Shown: positions 9,588 to 17,058, counted from the stretch's first letter. The stretch is 25,839 bases of DNA from Candidatus Oleincola secundus (GCA_018400815.1 JAGYLS010000019.1:1-25839); one strand, 5' to 3'. A program made the numbers and translations. Notes: generated from the letters alone by a model not told the origin.

Positions 9588-9615
9588 ATCGCACCCGCAT
9601 AGTGGGTGGCTTTAA
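9588..9615. repeat. Dispersed hairpin repeat, copy 1 (IS200/IS605-end-like)
   Basis: ATCGCACCCGCATAGTGGGTGGCTTTAA, 26/28 identical to 21749-21776. Confidence 0.65.
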
Positions 9616-9640
9616 GAAGCATTACCACAATTTCATTATC

Positions 9641-10423
9641 TTAATCATGACTTTCATCTTGATGGTTATCAAGAACAGATATCTTTTTATTTTCTTTTAC
9701 AATACGATTCGAATTCAATATCTTTTCAGGATTTGTGGTAACCAGATCAAGAGCTTTTTCCTGGCCAATGATATGGGATATTTTATGCACACCTTCAGAT
9801 AATATCGGCTTCCGACCGAATTTAGATACCGAATGGGCATCTGTAACCAGGTAGTCAATTAAATTATTTTTTAAAGCCCGCTGGGCAAATAATTGAATTC
9901 CTTTTCCAAAAATACCATTGAGGCTGGCTGAAGTCAATTGACTTTCAATACCTCGGGTATGCCATTTTTCCAATAATTCAAGATTCTGTAAAAAGCCAAA
10001 ACAACGTTCAATATGGGCTATAACAGGGATATAGCCATTTAATTGAAGTTGAAATAAATATTGTTCAATATATGACGACAAGTGGATATCATTAGGAAAT
10101 TCCAAAAGGAGATAAGGAGAGTTATTTAATGTTAATAACTCACCATTTTGTAAATCATTAATCAGTTCTGGATAAAAGTGTATCTCCATTCCCGGCAACA
10201 CCTTTACCGGTATTCTCTCTTCCTTTAATCGTTTATTCAATTGGTTCACAGCAAGTATTATTATTTGAGCATTATTCTGATATACGCCCAGTTTATAATG
10301 AGGAGTTGCAATAATTGCCTTGATTCCATCATTCGAGGCTATCCTGGCAATATCAAGAGCTTCTTCCCAAGTAGCTGGTCCATCATCTAATTTTGGTAAA
10401 ATATGGCAATGTGAATCAATCAA
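9641..10423 (-). CDS. CpsB/CapC-family PHP tyrosine phosphatase
   Basis: IDSHCHILP..DDG, ATPH, AHIER and TDAH metal-binding motifs. Confidence 0.95.
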   Translation of the reverse strand: MIDSHCHILPKLDDGPATWEEALDIARIASNDGIKAIIATPHYKLGVYQNNAQIIILAVNQLNKRLKEERIPVKVLPGMEIHFYPELINDLQNGELLTLNNSPYLLLEFPNDIHLSSYIEQYLFQLQLNGYIPVIAHIERCFGFLQNLELLEKWHTRGIESQLTSASLNGIFGKGIQLFAQRALKNNLIDYLVTDAHSVSKFGRKPILSEGVHKISHIIGQEKALDLVTTNPEKILNSNRIVKENKKISVLDNHQDESHD

Positions 10424-10641
10424 CCTTTTCTCCTGAAATGTAATATTATTATTTTGTATCTTTTAGTATAGCAGTAGTCAGCAGTAATAGAAATATTACC
10501 TTTCTTCGTAAATCTGATTTATATTGAGCTTCTTTTAAAAATAACGACTAAAATAAAAATGATTATTTTAAACGTCAATTTTCAAATAGCTATAAGCATC
10601 AGTCGTTTTTTATTATTTCTCTATATATTATATATAAAGTT

Positions 10642-10671
10642 ATTATATAGGTTCACTAGTATAAAAATCAA
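10642..10671 (-). promoter_or_regulatory. Candidate promoter of the capsule export operon
   Basis: TTGATT, 18 bp, TATAAT on the minus strand. A second extended -10 (TGCTATACT) lies at 10465-10473. AT-rich context lowers specificity. Confidence 0.4.
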
Positions 10672-10703
10672 GTAGTGATTGGAATGGAGGGTAATTTAAA
10701 ATA

Positions 10704-10855
10704 GTGACCAATCACCAATCAAGAAAAAAACAAATAAATAAGAATCAATAATTTCCAATCACCAGTCAAGATAGTAACCAGTATCGTACAAGTATCGAGT
10801 CCAAAATACAAAAAAAGAAGTCGGCCAGTCGAATTATTATCGAGTAGAAATATAA
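10704..10855. repeat. Mosaic of 7-mer repeats (AATCACC/AATCAAG and AGTATCG types)
   Basis: TCACCAGTCAAGA at 10759-10771 is identical to 5838-5850. AGTATCG units at 10780-10797. TATCGAGTAGAAATATAA at 10838-10855 is repeated at 12480-12497. Confidence 0.75.
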
Positions 10856-10906
10856 AAAAGATTCGAGGTGCTAGGTGCGAATAAAAAAACAAGAAAACTG
10901 AAAACT

Positions 10907-10988
10907 CCCCTCTCCCCTCGGAGGGAGAGGGTTAGGTATTTTTTAAGTGGATGAAAATTGCTTCGTCGCTGCGCTCACCGAAATGAAA
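10907..10988. repeat. Adjacent REP-like elements: type A (CCCTCTCCC/GGGAGAGGG hairpin) and degenerate type B (TTGCTTCGTCGCT...AATGA)
   Basis: 9-bp perfect stem at 10908-10931. Type B is similar to 13546-13582 and 14633-14667. Confidence 0.75.
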
Positions 10989-11122
10989 TAATAGTATATA
11001 GTATTCTGTCATAGCATATACCGTAAAATAAAAAAGTTGCCGGTTTTCGGTAAAATATTTGAAGCAATGATAAATATTAAATTTAAGAACAAAAAAAGAA
11101 AAATCATTAAAGTTTTTTAATA

Positions 11123-11776
11123 CTATAAATCATTTTTATTTTCTAATTGTTGGTTGAAATATCCAGAGGATAAAGTTATGAGGTCTTTTTTTATTTCACT
11201 CCAGGAATAATGATATTTTACTCCCTCTGGAGTTTCTTCTTCTTCAGCATCCTTAAAATAAGTTAACGCCTTTAAAGTCACAGATTCTGAAAAAGATGAG
11301 CCATATTTATTTTTGCAAAAAGAAAATATATCATTAAGAGAATATTCTGTTTCTTTTATAATTGTCCATAGATCAATAAAGTCTTTCTTCAGGCCTCTTT
11401 GCACTATTGATATCAGCTTCATGGCAGAAATATCTTCTATAGAGGAAATTTGTATACCATTTTCAGATAAGAATGGTTTTAATAATGGATAATTATAATA
11501 GAAAAATGAAGTTTGTATAGTTTTTAATAATACAATTAGGGTATCTTCTTTCATTTCCACTAAGGACAACTGTTCTTCTTGAAAATAATTATTTAATTCA
11601 TTTGTTATTTTTATAGGTGAAAATTCTGATTCAGAAAAGAAATCAAAGTCAATAGATTTTCTATGACCTAATATCAGTGCAAGTCCTGTGCCACCGGCAA
11701 GGTAAAAAGACTTATTTGATAGGAGTAATTTCTTTAATATTTCCAATAACTCTTGCTGTTCTTTGGAAAGTATCAT
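11123..11776 (-). CDS. AbiEii/AbiGii-family nucleotidyltransferase toxin
   Basis: FYLAGGTGLAL..GHRKSIDFDFF, AMKL and RG..KDFIDL motifs. Probable start ATG 11776 (ORF track extends to 11821). Confidence 0.92.
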   Translation of the reverse strand: MILSKEQQELLEILKKLLLSNKSFYLAGGTGLALILGHRKSIDFDFFSESEFSPIKITNELNNYFQEEQLSLVEMKEDTLIVLLKTIQTSFFYYNYPLLKPFLSENGIQISSIEDISAMKLISIVQRGLKKDFIDLWTIIKETEYSLNDIFSFCKNKYGSSFSESVTLKALTYFKDAEEEETPEGVKYHYSWSEIKKDLITLSSGYFNQQLENKNDL

Positions 11777-12017
11777 CAAATCCACAATAAATCCTCCACC
11801 AGTTAAATGTTCTATTATCAAGTTTATAACTATAATGCCTTAAAATATTTTCAATTCCTTTTTTATCGATTTTTTTTATAAGCCATGACCACTCATATAT
11901 GTTTCCATATTTTAATATCCGCGATATCAACTCAGGGGAATTTAAGAATTTTTCTTCAGAGATATTTTTTTCGCCATATTCCCAGCTAAATTTTCTTAAA
12001 TTTATATTTTTATTCAT
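11712..12017 (-). CDS. DUF6922-like putative antitoxin partner of AbiEii
   Basis: FSWEY...ISRILKYGNIYEWSWL pattern; overlaps the toxin start. Start is 12017 or 12062. Confidence 0.75.
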   Translation of the reverse strand: MNKNINLRKFSWEYGEKNISEEKFLNSPELISRILKYGNIYEWSWLIKKIDKKGIENILRHYSYKLDNRTFNWWRIYCGFDDTFQRTARVIGNIKEITPIK

Positions 12018-12087
12018 AAACCAGAATGTCCCTGTACCGTTCTCGTCTTTAGCTTCATTCATAATAGAAAGTTGAATAGCTAATTTG

Positions 12088-12116
12088 ATTATAGTTAATG
12101 CAATTTAATTAGTCAA
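12088..12116 (-). promoter_or_regulatory. Sigma70-type promoter of the AbiE-like pair
   Basis: TTGACT, 17 bp, TATAAT. Confidence 0.65.
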
Positions 12117-12144
12117 AAAATGTTGCAAGATGATAATCGGTAGC

Positions 12145-12468
12145 TTCACCCCCACCTTAGTCCTCCCCCCTCAAGGGGGAGGAGATGAGAAGAGGCAGTC
12201 CTTCCCTCAAGGGGGAGGATATGACAGGAATAAATCCATTCTTCAAGAGGGAGGAAATGAGAAGGGATAATTATTCCCTCAAGGGGGAGGAAGTAAAAGG
12301 ATAGTTAATCCATCCGCAAGGGGGAGGAAATTAGTGAGCTAAATCTTCCCACAAGGGGTTGGAAATAATAAAATGTAATCCTTACCTCAAGTGGGGAAAT
12401 GAAAAAAGATAATCCTTTGCATGATAGGGAGGAAATGAGATTAGTCTATCCTTCTCTAAAGGGAGAAA
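12145..12468. repeat. Tandem array of nine ~36-bp hairpin units (REP-like type A)
   Basis: Core TCCYYCCCTCAAGGGGGAGGA; loop positions 12171, 12207, 12243, 12279, 12316, 12351, 12387, about 12421 and 12457. Confidence 0.9.
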
Positions 12469-12638
12469 CAAAAGAAGAGTATCGAGTAGAAATATAATTG
12501 ATTTAACCAACACATAGGTAACACTTTGATTCAGTAAATAGGTTACAATGTTTACACTTACTATTATTCAGCTACAGTATAAAATGATTGAAATATTAAA
12601 TAAATTCATGATATGGGAAGCCATTATATTATTGACTT

Positions 12639-12992
12639 TTAGCTTTGCTGATCTTTGAAAACCTCTAAAATATGTTCCTTGAAAGATTGTAAATTATTTT
12701 GCAATGTATCCCAAACAGCTTCAACATCGATTCCAAAGTAATCATGAATTAATACATTTCTAAAGCCTGTTGCTTCTTTCCATTCAACTTTTGGGTATTT
12801 TTCTTTAACATCTTCAGGTATATTTTTTGTTGCTTCACCTATTACCTCAAAATTTCTAATAACAGCATCTATTACCATTTCATTTTTTGAAAATTTATGA
12901 AAATCCATATTCTGAGTATAGTTTTCTATTTTTTCAATAGCATTTATGATATCTTCTAAATATAACAGGTAATCTCTTGAACGATTACACAT
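12639..12992 (-). CDS. HEPN (DUF86/HepT-like) ribonuclease toxin
   Basis: DAVIRNFEVIGEA and Rx4H motif RNVLIHDY; ATG at 12992 overlaps the MNT stop. Confidence 0.95.
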   Translation of the reverse strand: MCNRSRDYLLYLEDIINAIEKIENYTQNMDFHKFSKNEMVIDAVIRNFEVIGEATKNIPEDVKEKYPKVEWKEATGFRNVLIHDYFGIDVEAVWDTLQNNLQSFKEHILEVFKDQQS

Positions 12993-13284
12993 ATTGGACC
13001 TCATTAAAGATTTTTTCTTTTAATCTTGGTTTTACTGCATCTTTTATTACCAAATCAACTTCTTTTCCTAATAGATCTTCAAGGTAATTCTTCAACCTCA
13101 TATAATTAAAAAAATCTTTATGACCTTTATTAAAACTAACCAATATATCTATATCACTATCTTCATGAATAAAATGCCCACCCTTGGCAAAAGATCCAAA
13201 AACTCCTATTTCTTTTACTTGATATTTTTTCTTTATGTGGTTAACATTAGCATTTAATTTTTTCTTTATTTCAATAATATCCAT
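12985..13284 (-). CDS. Minimal nucleotidyltransferase (MntA-like) antitoxin
   Basis: FGSFAKG...DSDIDIL and LGKEVDLV motifs. Confidence 0.93.
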   Translation of the reverse strand: MDIIEIKKKLNANVNHIKKKYQVKEIGVFGSFAKGGHFIHEDSDIDILVSFNKGHKDFFNYMRLKNYLEDLLGKEVDLVIKDAVKPRLKEKIFNEVQYV

Positions 13285-13446
13285 ATCTAAATACCTTATT
13301 AATATTTTATTTAGGATTGATATTCATTTTCGTTGAATTTTGACTATATTGTATATATAGAATTGTATATTTTTTTCACTTTTTTCACAAGCATTATTAT
13401 AATTAAAGACAAAAAAATTACAATTGACCTATTTAACAATTAAAAC

Positions 13447-13510
13447 AGTATTCTGTATCAAGTATCGGGTATCAAGTCGAAAGACAATCGCTAGTCAACA
13501 ATCAATAATT
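13447..13510. repeat. 7-mer repeat mosaic (AGTATCR then AATCNNN)
   Basis: agtattc tgtatca agtatcg ggtatca agtcgaa ... aatcgct agtcaac aatcaat. Confidence 0.7.
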
Positions 13511-13545
13511 TAAAGATAAAACAAATTCTGTGGGAATAATTGAAT

Positions 13546-13582
13546 GAGATTGCTTCGCTCCCTTCGGTCGGTCGCAATGACA
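13546..13582. repeat. REP-like type B element just downstream of ugd
   Basis: GAGATTGCTTCG-N-TCGCAATGACA, with the same ends as 14633-14667. Confidence 0.8.
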
Positions 13583-13604
13583 AAAGAAAAAAGGTCGCAT
13601 ATTC

Positions 13605-15197
13605 TTAGCCTCTGCCAATACCATAATACTTAAAATCAAGTTTTTTTATTTTTTCAGGATTATACAGATTTTTCATATCAAAGATGAAAGGTTGGAAATA
13701 TAAGCCATATTCATGTCTTTTCATCAATAGTTTTATTTTATTAAAATCAAGATTACGGAACTGATCCCATTCAGTGAGGATGACTAAGGCATCGGCATCT
13801 TTTGCTGTTTCATATTCATCCTGACAATAGGTTAGTTCTGGCATTATTTTTTTGGTTTTCTCCATTGCCCTCGGGTCAAAACATTGAATCATGGCACCTT
13901 TTTCTAAAAGCATTTGAATTATATCAAGAGCAGCAGATTCACGGATATCATCTGTATTTTGTTTAAAGGCTAGACCTAAAATGCCAATTTTTTTATTGTT
14001 AAGATTTCTCATTTCTTTTTCAATTTTGTCTACTACTATTTTTCTTTGTCGCATATTAACCTCTATTACTGCGTTTAATAATTTAAAATCATACTTTGCA
14101 TTACTGGCAATGACATGTAAAGCCCTGGTATCTTTTGGAAAACAGGACCCTCCATAACCCGGTCCCGGATGCAGGAATTTAGGGCTTATGCGTCCATCCA
14201 TACCCATGGCTTTGGCAATCTGGTGCACATCTGCGCCTACCCTGTCACAAAGGTTGGCAATTTCATTGATAAAGGTAATCTTGGTTGCCAGAAATGCATT
14301 GCAGGCATATTTAATCATTTCTGCTGTCTCTAAAGTTGTAAATACAAAGGGTGTATCAAGAAGATATAAAGGACGATAAATTTCCTGTATGATTTGTTTG
14401 GCTTTTTCTGATTCATAACCAATAACTATTTTATTGGGATGGGTAAAGTCATATACAGCTGAACCTTCACGGAGGAATTCGGGATTGGAAATGATGTCGA
14501 AAGGATGGTTCACCCTCACCCTGCCCTCTCCCCTCAAGGGAGAGGGATTATTTGAAGAATCTCTTCTCAAGTTAGAGGGGGTATTTGAAAAATCTCCCCT
14601 CAAGGGAGAAGATGATGATGAAGAGGAAAACTGAGATTGCTTCGTCGCTTCGCTCCTCGCAATGACAGGAGGATGGTAATCCTCGCAATGACCAGAAAAA
14701 GAAGGGTCCTCGCAATGACCATGAGCAGAATGCTTCTCGGAATGACCGGGAGACGAAGTCTCCACATGATGACGGGGAGGAATTTGATTTTCGGTGATAA
14801 TTTGTTTGATTTTTCGGGCGGTACCTACCGGGACGGTGCATTTGTTTACAATAACCTTGTATTCATTCATATAACTGGCAATTTCTCTGGCAACCTCTTC
14901 TACCTGTTTCATACAGGCAGACCCATCATGATTAGATGGCGTACCTACGGCAATATAAATTACCTGGGATTCTTCAACTGCTTTTTTCAGTTCTGTCGTG
15001 AAACTAAGTCGTTTTTCTTCAACATTTTTTTTTATAAGTTCTTCCAGATTTGGTTCATGGATAGGGACACTGCCATTGTTTAGTAATTGGATTTTTTCTT
15101 TATCATTATCCACACAGGTAACTGATAATCCAAAATTTGCCAGGCAAGTACCGGTTACAAGGCCAACGTAGCCCGTACCGATTATTAATATGTTCAT
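13605..15197 (-). CDS. ugd: UDP-glucose 6-dehydrogenase with a ~91-aa in-frame repeat-derived insertion
   Basis: GTGYVG, SNPEFLREG, KYACNAFLATKI, catalytic GGSCFPKD, AFKQNTDDIRES. ATG 15197 follows GAGAGG. Confidence 0.95.
   Translation of the reverse strand: MNILIIGTGYVGLVTGTCLANFGLSVTCVDNDKEKIQLLNNGSVPIHEPNLEELIKKNVEEKRLSFTTELKKAVEESQVIYIAVGTPSNHDGSACMKQVEEVAREIASYMNEYKVIVNKCTVPVGTARKIKQIITENQIPPRHHVETSSPGHSEKHSAHGHCEDPSFSGHCEDYHPPVIARSEATKQSQFSSSSSSSPLRGDFSNTPSNLRRDSSNNPSPLRGEGRVRVNHPFDIISNPEFLREGSAVYDFTHPNKIVIGYESEKAKQIIQEIYRPLYLLDTPFVFTTLETAEMIKYACNAFLATKITFINEIANLCDRVGADVHQIAKAMGMDGRISPKFLHPGPGYGGSCFPKDTRALHVIASNAKYDFKLLNAVIEVNMRQRKIVVDKIEKEMRNLNNKKIGILGLAFKQNTDDIRESAALDIIQMLLEKGAMIQCFDPRAMEKTKKIMPELTYCQDEYETAKDADALVILTEWDQFRNLDFNKIKLLMKRHEYGLYFQPFIFDMKNLYNPEKIKKLDFKYYGIGRG
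14508..14780. repeat. Intragenic composite repeat: three 33-bp type A units plus five 26-27-bp type B units
   Basis: TCTCCCCTCAAGGGAGA units at 33-bp spacing; TCCTCGCAATGAC at 14654, 14680 and 14707, degenerate copies at 14734 and 14761. Confidence 0.9.
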
Positions 15198-15220
15198 CGT
15201 AATACCTCTCAAATGCAATT

Positions 15221-15316
15221 AATTGGTTCATTGGTTCATTAGTTCATTAGTTCATTGGTTCATTGGTTCATTGGTTCATTGGTTCATTAGTTCATTGGTT
15301 CATTGGTTCATTGGTT
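15221..15316. repeat. Perfectly phased 8-mer array (CATTRGTT) x12
   Basis: 96 bp, 12 units (the first is AATTGGTT); reverse complement of the 5966-6099 units. Confidence 0.97.
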
Positions 15317-15329
15317 TAAATGCAAGGCA

Positions 15330-15358
15330 AATATAATTAAAAGAAAGTTAATAAGCAA
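15330..15358 (-). promoter_or_regulatory. Candidate ugd promoter
   Basis: TTGCTT, 17 bp, TATATT immediately upstream of the 8-mer array. Confidence 0.45.
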
Positions 15359-15404
15359 TTGCTATATAAATTTTAAATATATAACAATAATAATAATTTT
15401 TATC

Positions 15405-15710
15405 CTATTTATCCATCTTTTCAATTTCTTCTTCTACTTCTTCTTCGCCTTCTTTATAAAATTTTTCTTCATCAGGGGCGAGCTCTTTAAGCAGTCTTAA
15501 AAATTCTCCGGCATGCACACGCTCTTCATCAGCAATATCCTTTAATACTTCCTGGGCTAATTTGTTATCAGTTGATTCGGCTAATTGCATATAAAGTTGA
15601 ATTGCCTCATATTCAGCGGAAATCATAAACCTTATTGCCCTTATTAATTCTTCCTCTGTTAATTTCCGATCATTTTTTAAACCAGCAAATGAATGTCCAA
15701 AATCAGGCAT
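15405..15710 (-). CDS. Short ferritin-like / rubrerythrin-type protein (encapsulated-ferritin-like)
   Basis: AEYEAIQLY...DIADEERVHAGEF di-iron ligand pattern; 101 aa. Confidence 0.88.
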   Translation of the reverse strand: MPDFGHSFAGLKNDRKLTEEELIRAIRFMISAEYEAIQLYMQLAESTDNKLAQEVLKDIADEERVHAGEFLRLLKELAPDEEKFYKEGEEEVEEEIEKMDK

Positions 15711-15901
15711 AATTTCATTCCTCTCTTTCTATTTTTAGTAAATATTTTTATTTTAATCCCATATCTTTAACTAATCAGTTGAAAAAATATTCTAATCATC
15801 CAAGAAACAAGTTTAAAAAACTTTGTAAGGCAAACTTAAAAAATTATACAATAATTATCATTTTTAGACAATCTTAACACAAAAGAACCTTTATTTTTAT
15901 A

Positions 15902-16430
15902 TTAACTAAACCAGAGAGCTATTTCTTTTTTTGCTTCCTGTTTATTGCCAGATGCATGAACTAAATTTTGTATAGACCTCTTTTGTTTGTCGGCAAAATC
16001 CGGTGAATCCAGAGAATAATCCCCTCTTATTGTTCCCAGTTCAGCAAAAACAGGAACCGTATTTCCGACTAACTTTCTCACCACTTCGACAGCATGATTG
16101 CCGCTTATGACAATTGCAACTACCGGACCGGAGACAACATATTGAATAAGCCATTTTCTTATTTTTTCCAATCTCCAGGGCATCATCAGTTCCTAAATCA
16201 TCTATTAGATTTAAATTGTATTTCTGATAGGTTTTTATGGTCTTTTCACCAACTAATTCTAACCATTCTTCATCATCCGGATAATGCCTTTCAACAATCT
16301 CTTTGGTCGGTTTTATTAGTTTCATTTTTTCCAACTTCAGACCTACTCTTTCAAACCTGGCAATAATTTCCCCCGTTAAGCGCCTTTTAAATGCATCCGG
16401 CTTTATTAAAACTAATGTTTTTTCTATCAT
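15902..16430 (-). pseudogene. ndk: Nucleoside diphosphate kinase split by a frameshift
   Basis: The N-terminal frame has EKTLVLIKPDA; the second frame has SGPVVA, GTIRGD and NLVHAS (catalytic His). The frames switch at an A6 run (16162-16167). Confidence 0.88.
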
Positions 16431-16662
16431 ATAATTTACCTCTTAGCTTATTTAGTATATTATTTTTTCCATTTGAAAAATTATAATTGGTTTTATTATA
16501 CTTTAATATAACTCATTTATATTTAATAATTCTACAAAGACTATAAAAAATCCTTTTTTAGAGAATATATACCTCTCTTATTAGCCAAAGATTATCTATA
16601 TTATTTTTAGATAACATTATGGCTATTGGTAAGGTTTTATAATTGAGGTAGAAATAATATAT

Positions 16663-16692
16663 TTGATTTTCAGCAATTAAGTCAGATATAAT
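16663..16692 (+). promoter_or_regulatory. Candidate promoter for the riboswitch leader
   Basis: TTGATT, 18 bp, TATAAT about 40 bp upstream of P1. Confidence 0.55.
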
Positions 16693-16731
16693 ATTAACAG
16701 TCCTTTGAAATTATTATTTACCTTTGAACCA

Positions 16732-16897
16732 TTAAGGTAGAGGAGCAGTACAAAATAAGTACAGACAATATAATTTTAATCTTTGTTCTGGAAAGGTTTG
16801 TCTGCCGAAGCAGAAAAATATTTCGTTTCTGCTGGGCTTATAGCAAAAAGCTATAAGACTGTCATCTTACTTAAAAGTATGATGGAGCGCTACTTAA
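16732..16897 (+). ncRNA. Lysine riboswitch (L-box) aptamer
   Basis: Ordered hallmarks GTAGAGGAGC, AGTA, GAAAGG, GCCGAA, TGGG, ACTGTCA, TGGAGCGCTAC. P1 TTAAGGTAG/CTACTTAA; P3 to P5 hairpins visible. Confidence 0.93.
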
Positions 16898-16937
16898 GGA
16901 ATAAAGTGCTTTATCATACTATATATTAGACAAAGAT

Positions 16938-16983
16938 AAAAAGACAATTGATGAAGACTTTATTCATCAATTGTCTTTTTTTT
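16938..16983 (+). terminator. Leader terminator of the lysine riboswitch
   Basis: AAAAAGACAATTGATGAA, 7-nt loop, TTCATCAATTGTCTTTTT plus T tract. Confidence 0.9.
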
Positions 16984-17058
16984 ATTCTCATTGGTAAGAA
17001 TCACTATTTCATATTTCCATTAATCAATTAATAAAAATATATTCATGGAGGTTGTTTT

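Noticed and set aside
12145..12468. CRISPR array or TIGR (tandem interspaced guide RNA) array
   Set aside because: Repeats are degenerate, and linkers are only ~15 nt and partly resemble each other. No cas or Nop-domain gene is in the window; the 36-bp period alone is insufficient.
1764..13600. Classical integron or prophage
   Set aside because: No tyrosine recombinase, no attC-like GTTRRRY/RYYYAAC cassette ends that I could support, and no phage genes.
14508..14780. Intein or self-splicing intron in ugd
   Set aside because: No Cys/Ser...His-Asn intein ends or intron core; the sequence is explained by the palindromic repeats.
14832..14846. KCTV instead of the usual KSTV in the ugd NAD-binding region
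   Set aside because: Conservative substitution with the adjacent Thr and catalytic Cys intact; not evidence of changed function.
14434..15083. Alternative ORFs 14434-14634, 14572-14841 and 14637-15083
   Set aside because: They overlap ugd and arise from the stop-poor repeat insert or antisense shadows.
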